Source: Escherichia phage HP3.2. From it: a DNA stretch of 64,000 bases. Below are positions 29,981-38,377 of the stretch, one piece after another. The position numbers and the translations under genes are program-made. The first letter of the stretch is position 1. Each line of letters begins with the position of its first letter. The stretch lies in the sequence record OP978391.1; one strand, written 5' to 3'. Below the pieces are notes generated by a model. It was not told where the DNA came from and did no database searches. It saw nothing but the letters and a program-made list of their open reading frames with translations.

Positions 29981-30069
29981 TTACCAGTTTAATTCTAATC
30001 ATCTTTTTGATGGCAGTCCATATAATCTATTTCTGAACTGCCTTTTTGTCATAGAAGGCCTCTTATGAA

Positions 30070-31038
30070 TTATTTCAGAAGAGTAACCTCAGCGATTTCT
30101 TCCCAACCGTTTTTGTCGGTCATAATAAAGTCAGCAAGATAAAGTGCAGTACGCAGTGAAACATTGCGTAAACGATTAACATTGACTTTCATCCATGATA
30201 ATGCTTTATAAGTTTCTTCATCAGAAAGACCGCGTTTTTGCATCATGTCAGTTGAAAGAATAACATCTTCAACCCTGACCATAATTTCTTCATTAGTGTG
30301 AACACCCAAATCTAAATAAACCGAGCGGGAAACTAATGCTTGTAAATGTGGAGCAAGTTTAGTACCACGGTCTAATTCGCGGTCAATGTCAACGTTTGTG
30401 ATAAAAACAATCGTTCCTTTAAATTCAAACTCACGCTCAATGCCTTTTTCTTCTAAGTAAGAAGATGCAGTGCTCCAGCAGACTTTGCGGGTCTCTCCGG
30501 TGTCCAGAGCAGCTTTCAGAAGATTAAGAATGTCCATATCAGAGAAAACATCCACATCATCAATCAAAAGTACAGAATTCTCTTCACGATTATTCCAAAG
30601 CTGCTCATAAAGACCAATACCAGAGATTTTACCATTAATGCTTTTATATTCAATGTATCCAATATCATTTGCTTTATTTAAAGCTTTATCTAAAGAATAC
30701 GTTTTACCAATACCCGCCGCACCAGAGATAATTAATGAACGAATGTTTCCGTTAATAATACCATTCGTCATCATTCCCATAACATTAAATCTTTTATTAA
30801 TGCGGGTTTTCATATCTTCATACGATTCTTTAACTTCTTCAACTTTTACACCATCATATGAAATGTCTGATTTGTAAACCCAAACACCGCGACGCTTACC
30901 GTCAATTTCAACAAAAACTTTACCATCTCCTTGTGCATCTACCGGAGCATTATCTGGGAACCATTCACCTAAGAGCTCAAAAGTTCCAGAGATTTCTTTA
31001 CCGAAGTAGATACCCTTATTGATAGTTACAGTTTTCAT
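30070..31038 (-). CDS. P-loop NTPase (AAA-like) with unknown N-terminal domain (ca. 322 aa)
   Basis: Walker A GAAGIGKTYS and Walker B-like VLLIDDVD; start taken at MKTVTINKG just after the promoter (listed ORF extension is read-through). Confidence 0.65.
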   Translation of the reverse strand: MKTVTINKGIYFGKEISGTFELLGEWFPDNAPVDAQGDGKVFVEIDGKRRGVWVYKSDISYDGVKVEEVKESYEDMKTRINKRFNVMGMMTNGIINGNIRSLIISGAAGIGKTYSLDKALNKANDIGYIEYKSINGKISGIGLYEQLWNNREENSVLLIDDVDVFSDMDILNLLKAALDTGETRKVCWSTASSYLEEKGIEREFEFKGTIVFITNVDIDRELDRGTKLAPHLQALVSRSVYLDLGVHTNEEIMVRVEDVILSTDMMQKRGLSDEETYKALSWMKVNVNRLRNVSLRTALYLADFIMTDKNGWEEIAEVTLLK

Positions 31039-31059
31039 TTTATTCTCCAAATCCGTATC

Positions 31060-31125
31060 AGTTGATAGTTGTATAGTACCATAAAGCTTTATGCTTGTAA
31101 ACAATTTTGTGAAAAATTTTTGAAA
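31060..31125 (-). promoter_or_regulatory. T4-type early promoter cassette
   Basis: GTTTAC (plus 31097-31102) -N17- gTACTAT; same repeat family as 4415-4480 and 45300-45385. Confidence 0.55.
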
Positions 31126-31133
31126 TAAAAAAA

Positions 31134-31151
31134 GGGAGCCCGAAGGCTCCC
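31134..31151 (-). terminator. Intrinsic terminator after the NTase gene
   Basis: GGGAGCC-UUCG-GGCUCCC hairpin followed by UUUUU on minus-strand RNA. Confidence 0.65.
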
Positions 31152-31153
31152 TA

Positions 31154-32167
31154 TCATTTATAATAACTTCGGTGGTTTTCAAGATAAACCCTCTCAAGGA
31201 AGTCATCCCAAAAACCCATGTCTACTTTTTGCTGCATACCGTTCTTAGAAGCTTCAGTAGATGCTGCTTCTACTTGATCGACCACATCTTCCAAAAACTC
31301 TTGAACCGTTTTAAATGGATGTTTACCCAACTTCACGTCGAGAATAAATGGAGCATCTTGGAGTGGATAAACCAAGTCACCAGTTTTGTAAATTTCCAAT
31401 AGTTGGAGTCCACCACGGCAAGCATGACTCATAGCTTTCCAGTCAATACCTTCATTGGCTTCGGCCTTACGAGCACGTTCACCGTATTCAGCATCTAATT
31501 TGTTCAGTGACTGCTTAAGCTCAATAAGAGAAAGCGTTGTCTGATATTTACGACCCAACACTGTGTAGAACGTCTGTGGGCCTGTTTTCTCATGATTATG
31601 GAACACCCATTCACAGAATTCGTTTTCTGGAAGACGATGCTTAATATCTTCAACTTTAGTACGACGCTGCTTAATAGAACCATCTTCTTGGTAATCAACC
31701 CATTGCTCAGGGATTTGATTAACTACTTTCAATACATCACGTAATGCAGCCAAACGAGAACCCTTAACGCCGTATTTAGAAGCTTGCTTACGGACATATC
31801 CTAAATAGGATTTCATGTTAGTCGTATAAAAACGAGAACGGTTGTCTTGAATAAACTTCCACACATCAGGCAAATCAGATTTAACCACTAGTTCAGGTGG
31901 AGTGTGAAGCATATCTAACGCTACAGTTTCACCATCTGCTGCTAATTTAAAGAAATATTTAAGACTGTATAGTTCATGGTCAATATCATCTTTAGTGTTT
32001 TTAGATGATGTGTTGTTAGTGTTTTTACTCATGTGCTCTTTAACATTTCCGATAAGAATATCACGAGCAGGAGGAACAAAGATTTCTTTAAAATCTACAT
32101 CAGATTCTGGGGTAGAAGTTCCATAAAGATGACTACCAAAATAGCTTTTCATTACTGTTTTCATCAT
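31154..32167 (-). CDS. Predicted nucleotidyltransferase (minimal NTase / Pol-beta-like N-terminal domain), 337 aa
   Basis: N-terminal signature FGSHLYGTSTPESDVDF fits G[SG]x9-13[DE]h[DE]h; ca. 230-aa C-terminal region unassigned. Confidence 0.6.
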   Translation of the reverse strand: MMKTVMKSYFGSHLYGTSTPESDVDFKEIFVPPARDILIGNVKEHMSKNTNNTSSKNTKDDIDHELYSLKYFFKLAADGETVALDMLHTPPELVVKSDLPDVWKFIQDNRSRFYTTNMKSYLGYVRKQASKYGVKGSRLAALRDVLKVVNQIPEQWVDYQEDGSIKQRRTKVEDIKHRLPENEFCEWVFHNHEKTGPQTFYTVLGRKYQTTLSLIELKQSLNKLDAEYGERARKAEANEGIDWKAMSHACRGGLQLLEIYKTGDLVYPLQDAPFILDVKLGKHPFKTVQEFLEDVVDQVEAASTEASKNGMQQKVDMGFWDDFLERVYLENHRSYYK

Positions 32168-32625
32168 TCAGCCTTATATTCAATAACAGGACATACTTTA
32201 GCTTTACGAGCTTTTAAAAATTCAACGATAATCGATTTCTTGGGTTGAATAGGAGGTAAACCTTTATACGCCCTATCAATATTTTCTACGTGTAAAGCAT
32301 AATCCTTTTTCCATTTATAATCTTTATATTTTTCACGCAGTTGTGCAGGAATAACAAATGAACCGACAATAAGTAAAACAAGCAAAATGGCAAGTATAAA
32401 TGCTGATGGAATAAGAGTCCATAAACTACCAAAAATAAGCCATTTCTGTATGATTTCTGCGCAGATGATAGTTAGACCTACGAGTATAGTACATCCGAAA
32501 AAAGAAACGAAAAATGTAGGGATAACAATAGACCAAAAGTATGCGCACAGCGTCTTAGGTCGTTGCCATTCATCGTTAAACAATTTGAATAATTTATAGT
32601 GCCAAGAGTTTTCATTAATAATCAT
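32164..32625 (-). CDS. Membrane protein (153 aa, 2-3 TM helices)
   Basis: Hydrophobic helices IVIPTFFVSFFGCTILVGLTIICA and LIPSAFILAILLVLLIVGSFVI; 4-nt overlap with the NTase gene start. Confidence 0.55.
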   Translation of the reverse strand: MIINENSWHYKLFKLFNDEWQRPKTLCAYFWSIVIPTFFVSFFGCTILVGLTIICAEIIQKWLIFGSLWTLIPSAFILAILLVLLIVGSFVIPAQLREKYKDYKWKKDYALHVENIDRAYKGLPPIQPKKSIIVEFLKARKAKVCPVIEYKAE

Positions 32626-32627
32626 AA

Positions 32628-33149
32628 TTATCCTTTCATTGAAGGTGTAACAGTTGTTAAATACTTAATCATAGCTTCAGCTTCTGATTTTGATAATGAA
32701 ATTTCTTCATTGTTTTGACGAATAGAAATAAAATCCGGATGACGGTCACCACCAGCTTTTAAAACACACATATAAGTATCAGTTTCATCTTCAATATCTG
32801 AAATGATTGAAGCAGTTCCACATGAATGTGGTTTTTGATAAATCAATACAGCTTTTCTTCCACCGTTTGACTGTTCATAAACTTTTAACACATCAAACAA
32901 ATCGCTTCTTTTATCAATAGCTAAGATGTTGTTTTCATCTTCAATATTAAATCCTTCGGATACTTCATAAAGTGTCACCCATAAATCACCAATATCAATA
33001 ACAGCGTTCACTTTTCCATGACTTTCAAGAGCATTACAAATTTTCTTAATTTCATCATAACTCATTTTAATAATATCATCTCCTTGAATAAGGAAGATGT
33101 CATTTTTAAATTCAACACGAATTAAACCACTTCCACTTGAAATAAACAT
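32628..33149 (-). CDS. Hypothetical protein (173 aa), member of a tandem paralog pair
   Basis: C-terminus EAEAMIKYLTTVTPSMKG aligns with DEAIALKTYLDSVIPTMISK of the adjacent gene. Confidence 0.55.
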   Translation of the reverse strand: MFISSGSGLIRVEFKNDIFLIQGDDIIKMSYDEIKKICNALESHGKVNAVIDIGDLWVTLYEVSEGFNIEDENNILAIDKRSDLFDVLKVYEQSNGGRKAVLIYQKPHSCGTASIISDIEDETDTYMCVLKAGGDRHPDFISIRQNNEEISLSKSEAEAMIKYLTTVTPSMKG

Positions 33150-33155
33150 ATTTCC

Positions 33156-33713
33156 TCACTTTGAAATCATAGTTGGAATGACAGAATCGAGATAAGTCTT
33201 TAGCGCAATAGCTTCGTCTTTGGTAAATGTGACAATATACGATCGAAAATCATCAATTTGACGAATAGTTAAGACATCACCATCTTCATAGCATTTTGAT
33301 ACGTTTAAAACAGTTTCATCATTCTGATTGCAAGCGTTAGTAATAATAGCATTGCAATTTTTGAGCCATTTTAAACTATGTTTTCTTTCATTAGAATAAT
33401 AAAAATATTTAATCTTAGCTATAAAGCTATCCCAATGGATAACTGATAAACACATTGACTCACTTTTAATATTAAATCCTGGGCATGAAGAATAAAAATG
33501 AATTTTGTGCTCATCATTGATGCTTACTATTTTATCAGTATAAGGATATTCAATTTGGGTTAAATGAATGATTTCACTAGGCGTAAAATATAGCATATCG
33601 TCTTCTTGTGTCAAACGATACATATTATTTACTTTTTCTATAGCTAATTCACCAAAAAGCGGACTAACTTCTAATACTAATCGTTTCATATTGATTCTCT
33701 TCGACTCACCCAC
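33156..33713 (-). CDS. Hypothetical protein (185 aa), member of a tandem paralog pair
   Basis: Shared C-terminal motif with 32628-33149; GTG start at 33713 with AAGGAG SD (alternative ATG at 33689). Confidence 0.55.
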   Translation of the reverse strand: MGESKRINMKRLVLEVSPLFGELAIEKVNNMYRLTQEDDMLYFTPSEIIHLTQIEYPYTDKIVSINDEHKIHFYSSCPGFNIKSESMCLSVIHWDSFIAKIKYFYYSNERKHSLKWLKNCNAIITNACNQNDETVLNVSKCYEDGDVLTIRQIDDFRSYIVTFTKDEAIALKTYLDSVIPTMISK

Positions 33714-33715
33714 AA

Positions 33716-33820
33716 TTACATACTCCTTTGAATAATATCAATAATGTTGTTCACCAGATTATAAGTAAACATTGGATAATTATATTGAATCATCACATAC
33801 ACAACAAACAAAACTTTCAT
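33716..33820 (-). CDS. Candidate hydrophobic micro-peptide (34 aa)
   Basis: Hand-translated MKVLFVVYVMIQYNYPMFTYNLVNNIIDIIQRSM; strong SD AAGGAG 6 nt upstream; directly downstream of the palindrome. Confidence 0.3.
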   Translation of the reverse strand: MKVLFVVYVMIQYNYPMFTYNLVNNIIDIIQRSM

Positions 33821-33836
33821 TCTCTTCTCCTTGGCA

Positions 33837-33870
33837 GTTGACAAGATTACTATATCATAATCTTGTCAAC
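33837..33870. repeat. Perfect 13-bp inverted repeat with 8-bp spacer
   Basis: GTTGACAAGATTA-ctatatca-TAATCTTGTCAAC; on the minus strand it sits just 3' of a GTTTAC -35 box (33873-33878) and overlaps a TGaTATAGT extended -10. Confidence 0.7.
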
Positions 33871-33880
33871 TTGTAAACCA

Positions 33881-34054
33881 TTAAATGACGTTTTCAATAA
33901 AATTCTGAAGCTTTGTGTGAGCATCAACCATGATTTTCATTTCTTCCTTTGCGAAAGCTGTACCTCTTTCCCGAGCAGAATACTCATAGTCAGAAACTGC
34001 ATTAGCATATTCTTCAATTAGCTTCATTAAAAACATCTGCTTTTCAGTTTTCAT
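33881..34054 (-). CDS. Hypothetical small protein (57 aa)
   Basis: Hand-translated MKTEKQMFLMKLIEEYANAVSDYEYSAREGTAFAKEEMKIMVDAHTKLQNFIENVI; AGGTGG SD; below the ORF-track cutoff. Confidence 0.35.
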   Translation of the reverse strand: MKTEKQMFLMKLIEEYANAVSDYEYSARERGTAFAKEEMKIMVDAHTKLQNFIENVI

Positions 34055-34238
34055 TATTCCACCTAATCATTTCAAGATATTGAACTAACTTAGCTTTGGA
34101 TTTATCCAAATCCTTTTTAGCTGCTTCTATACCGTCGTATGAATATCCTTCACAATGCTCAACTGCTAATTGGTATGAATCTATTTCAATATCACGTGCT
34201 AATTTAATGATTTTTTCAAACTGTTCACGTGTTAGCAT
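34044..34238 (-). CDS. Hypothetical protein (64 aa)
   Basis: Small ORF. Confidence 0.45.
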   Translation of the reverse strand: MLTREQFEKIIKLARDIEIDSYQLAVEHCEGYSYDGIEAAKKDLDKSKAKLVQYLEMIRWNNEN

Positions 34239-34240
34239 AA

Positions 34241-34480
34241 TTAAACTCTCGTATTATGATCGATAATTTCATCAAGAAACATATCTAACGCTTCTAAAGC
34301 ATTATCAACTTTAGCTTCAAATTTTTCAATACCTTTATTTGCAATGCCTGCCGAAAACCAAGCAAAGTCACTAAGTTCCTCATCTGCTTTGCGAATTAAA
34401 GCTACCAATTCTTTAATTTTATCTGCTTGTTCAATTCTAGTCATTATTCCACCACATATGAAAGAGAGAATATTGCACAC
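34241..34480 (-). CDS. Hypothetical protein (79 aa; start possibly internal Met at 34444)
   Basis: Small acidic ORF. Confidence 0.45.
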   Translation of the reverse strand: MCNILSFICGGIMTRIEQADKIKELVALIRKADEELSDFAWFSAGIANKGIEKFEAKVDNALEALDMFLDEIIDHNTRV

Positions 34481-34632
34481 GCCATATGAGTTGCAGCTTC
34501 ATCACACATATCATAACGTTTCTTAAGAAGTTCTACAAGTTCTTCACTAGTAACTTCATCCATGTCGACGAAAAAATCACCATTAATGATGACGTAGATA
34601 TTTCCTTCTTGATTAAGTGCTTCAATTTTCAT
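34444..34632 (-). CDS. Hypothetical acidic protein (ca. 62 aa)
   Basis: Start taken at [10 protein letters not shown] immediately after the early promoter. Confidence 0.45.
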   Translation of the reverse strand: MKIEALNQEGNIYVIINGDFFVDMDEVTSEELVELLKKRYDMCDEAATHMACAIFSLSYVVE

Positions 34633-34644
34633 GATGTTCTCCTC

Positions 34645-34700
34645 TTTATCCGATAGTTGTATAGTATCACAGCTCAAATGGAAAGTAAACCGGTAAAATG
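34645..34700 (-). promoter_or_regulatory. T4-type early promoter cassette
   Basis: GTTTAC (plus 34685-34690) with downstream GATACTATAC -10 region. Confidence 0.55.
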
Positions 34701-34705
34701 AAAAA

Positions 34706-34724
34706 AGTCTCCCGAAGGAGACTA
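34706..34724 (-). terminator. Intrinsic terminator
   Basis: AGUCUCC-UUCG-GGAGACU hairpin followed by UUUUUU on minus-strand RNA. Confidence 0.65.
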
Positions 34725-34727
34725 ATG

Positions 34728-35114
34728 TTATTCGAGGGAAAGAAGATATTTACTCTGGTAAAACATCCCAGTAATATCATCTATCGTGCTTTGAATGGCT
34801 GGAGGCATTTCTTTATAAATGCTGTTAGATTGGTCTAGTATGCGATCAATCATTTTAATTGTGTCGGTAGGAAGTTTACTGGCATCTGGAATAGAAGGCG
34901 TGTATTTTCTACCAGAATACCCCAAATATTGCTCACCAAATTTATCAATCAAATCTGGCAACTCAGAGAAAATAAAATCGTATGCTTTGTGTCTAGCATA
35001 ACTTTTAGTTTCAAAATGCGCAGAATGAAAATAAGCTTGTGCAGCCATTAATAAACCTAAGTATTCATCTGCCTTTGAAGGTTTTCCACTTTGTGAAAAG
35101 TCGCTGAATTTCAT
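34728..35114 (-). CDS. Hypothetical protein (128 aa), rI.-1-like by position
   Basis: ORF immediately downstream of rI. Confidence 0.5.
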   Translation of the reverse strand: MKFSDFSQSGKPSKADEYLGLLMAAQAYFHSAHFETKSYARHKAYDFIFSELPDLIDKFGEQYLGYSGRKYTPSIPDASKLPTDTIKMIDRILDQSNSIYKEMPPAIQSTIDDITGMFYQSKYLLSLE

Positions 35115-35404
35115 TCAGTCTCCAATTTAATGTTCATAATTCTAGCGTATGATTGTGCCATCTCCGCGCCTCGCTCTATACATTCAAAATCAGAAGAGCA
35201 CGGGTCATTTTTATAGGTCGTTCTCATAAAACTATAGAATTGTTCAGACGATTCTACGCTTTTATTTTCAAAAAGCATATAAACGTGCCTAATACCAGAT
35301 TCCATAAATTTATCAAAATGAGGATCGACATTCGCTTCAATTGGTGGAGATAAAGCAAACGCTAATCCTAGCATGGCAAATAGTGCCGTTGCTTTTAAGG
35401 CCAT
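35111..35404 (-). CDS. rI: RI lysis-inhibition antiholin (97 aa)
   Basis: 97 aa; N-terminal signal-anchor MALKATALFAMLGLAFALSPPIEA; agrees with T4 RI in length and sequence. Confidence 0.8.
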   Translation of the reverse strand: MALKATALFAMLGLAFALSPPIEANVDPHFDKFMESGIRHVYMLFENKSVESSEQFYSFMRTTYKNDPCSSDFECIERGAEMAQSYARIMNIKLETE

Positions 35405-35416
35405 AAAGGCCTCCTA

Positions 35417-35629
35417 TCATTTTTGTCCTGCATTTACTTTATGCCGATGCACGGCCTTAACTTTATCAAGGTATTTTTCAAAATTTCGCAATCTAGTATA
35501 GTCTGCCGGAGATTGGTTGAGTGATACTTCTCGACGCAAAGCTGAAATGATATTTCCAACTTCCCTACGAATTTCATCTAATTGAAGAACAGTAAGATTG
35601 CGAAGTTGCTTTTCAGTTAATTGTAGCAT
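35417..35629 (-). CDS. Hypothetical protein (70 aa), rI.1-like by position
   Basis: ORF between tk and rI. Confidence 0.5.
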   Translation of the reverse strand: MLQLTEKQLRNLTVLQLDEIRREVGNIISALRREVSLNQSPADYTRLRNFEKYLDKVKAVHRHKVNAGQK

Positions 35630-35671
35630 ATATACCCCTTTAGTTAGATAAACCTATTTATAACTTTTGCA

Positions 35672-36253
35672 CTAACCGAGCTTTTTAGTTAATTCATTCC
35701 AATGTTTTCTACACAAAGAAACATAAATTTCATCACCAATACAGATTTGATTACCTTCTTTAACTGGTGTTCCATCTTCCATTAATCGAGCTGTCATAAT
35801 AGCTTTTTTACCACAATGACAAACTGCCTTTAGTTCAATAAGTTTATCTGCAATCGCCAAAAGTTCTTTAGAACCTTCAAATAATTTTCCAGCGAAATCA
35901 GTCCTTAGCCCATAAGCCATAACAGGAACATTATATGTATCAACAATTCGACTTAATTGATGCACCTGTTCAGTTTTTAAAAACTGAGCTTCATCTACAA
36001 ATACACAATGAATATCTTTTTGTGCTTCAGCCCATTTATAGAACTCAAAAATATCCATATCATCCGTAATAATATTCGCTTCCTGCTTAATTCCAATGCG
36101 AGAAACGACTTCACAGACAGAATCGCGAGTATCAATAGCAGGCTTAAGAACTAATACACCCATTCCGCGTTCTTTATAATTATGTGCAGCAGTCAAAAGA
36201 GAAGCAGATTTTCCAGCATTCATTGCTGCGTAAGTAAAAATTAAACTCGCCAT
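35672..36253 (-). CDS. tk: Thymidine kinase (193 aa)
   Basis: 193 aa; P-loop AAMNAGKS; C-terminal zinc cysteines CHCGKKA...C. Confidence 0.9.
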   Translation of the reverse strand: MASLIFTYAAMNAGKSASLLTAAHNYKERGMGVLVLKPAIDTRDSVCEVVSRIGIKQEANIITDDMDIFEFYKWAEAQKDIHCVFVDEAQFLKTEQVHQLSRIVDTYNVPVMAYGLRTDFAGKLFEGSKELLAIADKLIELKAVCHCGKKAIMTARLMEDGTPVKEGNQICIGDEIYVSLCRKHWNELTKKLG

Positions 36254-36262
36254 ATCACCTTC

Positions 36263-36448
36263 TTAAAGCATATTCACATAAGCTATTAATTCGTTTTCTT
36301 TCTTATCAAACCGATCAGCAAATTCTTCTTGCTGTTCGGGAGATAGCGGGCCGTATTCATCATAAAAGGTGTTTGCTTCTGTATGCTCATCTAGAAGTTC
36401 ATGGATAAGCTCAAACAATTTATCTTTTTGTTCTTTACTCAGACTCAT
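36263..36448 (-). CDS. Hypothetical acidic protein (61 aa)
   Basis: Small ORF upstream of tk. Confidence 0.45.
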   Translation of the reverse strand: MSLSKEQKDKLFELIHELLDEHTEANTFYDEYGPLSPEQQEEFADRFDKKENELIAYVNML

Positions 36449-36614
36449 ATATTAATTTCCAGGAGTTTTAAAATAATTCGCTTTTGCTTAAATATTTCCA
36501 TAGTTAAATGACCAGTATCTTTTTGACCGATTCCAATGGCAAAACCTTTATTGACAGCGAGTTCAATTAAATTATCAAGCTCACGTAACACTTCATACTG
36601 TAACTCAAAACTAT

Positions 36615-36827
36615 TCATTTCGGTTTACCTTCTTTAACGAAATCTGGATAAGGATAAAATCCCGAATAAAATCCTTCACCTTTATGATTGATGCATCCTT
36701 TATTAGAACAATAGCACCAATAATCGAAATCACAAGCCATTTCATCGTTGCATAAAGCAAAAACAACTGGCCATTTACACTTTTCACAATGGGCATTTTT
36801 AAGAATACTAGTTTGGCTCATAACCAT
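36615..36827 (-). CDS. Cys-rich small protein (70 aa), possible zinc-binding
   Basis: CEKCKW...CNDEMACDFDYWCYCSNKGCINH; overlaps an alternative-frame ORF 36611-36796. Confidence 0.4.
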   Translation of the reverse strand: MVMSQTSILKNAHCEKCKWPVVFALCNDEMACDFDYWCYCSNKGCINHKGEGFYSGFYPYPDFVKEGKPK

Positions 36828-37045
36828 GTAACCTTTAAGCAGTATTCTTCTACATGCTGTTTACGACCTTTCTTATCAATAAAGGTATATTCAACGAATG
36901 TTCCAATGTAGTCTTTATCTACATCATGCGGACTATTAATTGGACATTTAGTACGGCAAATGCGTTCCCATTGACGAATAATTACTGCCTTATTCTTTGG
37001 GTCATATGGATGTGGATAATGTATATTCATAATAACGGTTCCCAA
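36818..37045 (-). CDS. Hypothetical protein (75 aa)
   Basis: Small ORF. Confidence 0.45.
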   Translation of the reverse strand: MGTVIMNIHYPHPYDPKNKAVIIRQWERICRTKCPINSPHDVDKDYIGTFVEYTFIDKKGRKQHVEEYCLKVTWL

Positions 37046-37494
37046 TCAACAATCACAATTTCTAATTTAGAGGAATATGTATCTAAAATCCCCTCAATAA
37101 TATCCCAGTTCCCTTTACCTATGCCTGCACCAATCCTAGGCATATAGATTGTAGGTTTAATCAGTTTATTTTCACCAAACTCATTTAATTCTAACATACA
37201 ATTCATTAAAGCGGAATACTCAAAATTTGGCCCTGGTTGAAATTGAGTATAAAGGTTGAAGCAATACGCTTTATGAGTCCTAAAGTATTTTTCATAGACT
37301 GAGTAAGAACCGAGTTTAGTTACATCACCCCATTCAGTCTGTAATTTATCAGCTTCCAAAATTTTAGGGAAAGCTTTGGTTAATTGACCCGCTACGCCTG
37401 AACCCATAGTATGAAAACAATTGCATCCATGCGCAATATTTTTACCTTCAGCGAAAAGGGCGACAATATCGCCCTTGATATATTTTACAATCAT
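37027..37494 (-). CDS. Macro-domain-like protein (155 aa), candidate ADP-ribose binding/processing
   Basis: KGDIVALFAEGKNIAHGCNCFHTMGSGVAGQL and PRIGAGIGKGNW resemble macro-domain motifs (GDIT...VNAAN...GGGGV...; P-x-I-x-x-G); by-eye only. Confidence 0.45.
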   Translation of the reverse strand: MIVKYIKGDIVALFAEGKNIAHGCNCFHTMGSGVAGQLTKAFPKILEADKLQTEWGDVTKLGSYSVYEKYFRTHKAYCFNLYTQFQPGPNFEYSALMNCMLELNEFGENKLIKPTIYMPRIGAGIGKGNWDIIEGILDTYSSKLEIVIVDWEPLL

Positions 37495-37832
37495 CTAGTA
37501 CTCAATCCTCGATTATAAGAATCTACCAAACGGTCAACCATTGAATGACAAGCGGCTTTATCTTTCTCCTCCGCAACTGAACATTCTAAGGTATTCCACT
37601 TTTTAGCATATCGTTTTAATAATGTATCGTTTTTGTATCTGCTTGATTTATCTCTTTCTCCGTCTTTATATGCATATATTAATTTCTGCGCAAATTCAGC
37701 TTGGCATGCTTTATTTTTCCCACAATAATCCGCGGCAGTACGGTTTACATACTCTCTAATTTCAGTATATGATGTATCTGCTAACGCAGAAAATGAAATT
37801 AATCCTATACATAAAACCAAAATTTTAGTCAT
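37491..37832 (-). CDS. Secreted protein (113 aa), vs-like by position
   Basis: N-terminal signal peptide MTKILVLCIGLISFSALA; paired cysteines; weak positional call. Confidence 0.4.
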   Translation of the reverse strand: MTKILVLCIGLISFSALADTSYTEIREYVNRTAADYCGKNKACQAEFAQKLIYAYKDGERDKSSRYKNDTLLKRYAKKWNTLECSVAEEKDKAACHSMVDRLVDSYNRGLSTR

Positions 37833-38370
37833 TTACTATTTCCAAAAGTTTATTATTTTTAAGGTAATTAGCCTTTTCTAGGACTTCAGAAGCATATTTA
37901 GAACCAGCTTTAACATTCCATCCCGAATTATAAGAGGATATTGCTTTTCTTATATCGCCCTTATGTATATTTAACCAATAAGAAAGTTCAATGTACGCCC
38001 AGGAAGCTGAATTGGACCGTTTATTCAACATTCTTTTTATTTCAGCATCGGTCATATTATAACCAAGTTCCTTGACTCTCGCTCGCATAGTAGGCAAATA
38101 ATTTTGGAACATTCCATAGGCATGATGCTTTGGTTTAGATTTTAAATTAACTCCGCCAGAGCTTTCTTGCCATAAAATAGCAGCCATTATATGACCTAAT
38201 CCGCTCTTGTGGATATTTTTGTGTGTTTTATATTTTCCATCCTTAGAAAATTGTTCCCCGAATTGATACGCGTAACGCATGTTATCGAGTTGGACATTAC
38301 TGAAAGTATGCTCGGAGCTATGTGCCATCATTGAAATGGCCAATAGACCAGCGAGTAGTGCTTTTCTCAT
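37825..38370 (-). CDS. Secreted lytic-transglycosylase-like protein (181 aa)
   Basis: Signal peptide MRKALLAGLLAISMMAHS; WQESSGG resembles the catalytic E-S motif of Slt-type transglycosylases. Confidence 0.55.
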   Translation of the reverse strand: MRKALLAGLLAISMMAHSSEHTFSNVQLDNMRYAYQFGEQFSKDGKYKTHKNIHKSGLGHIMAAILWQESSGGVNLKSKPKHHAYGMFQNYLPTMRARVKELGYNMTDAEIKRMLNKRSNSASWAYIELSYWLNIHKGDIRKAISSYNSGWNVKAGSKYASEVLEKANYLKNNKLLEIVND

Positions 38371-38377
38371 GCTTACC

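Noticed and set aside
36611-36796. 61-aa hydrophobic ORF
   Set aside because: Overlaps almost completely with the Cys-rich 70-aa ORF in a neighbouring frame; only one is likely real and the Cys-rich frame looks more protein-like. Unresolved without comparative data.
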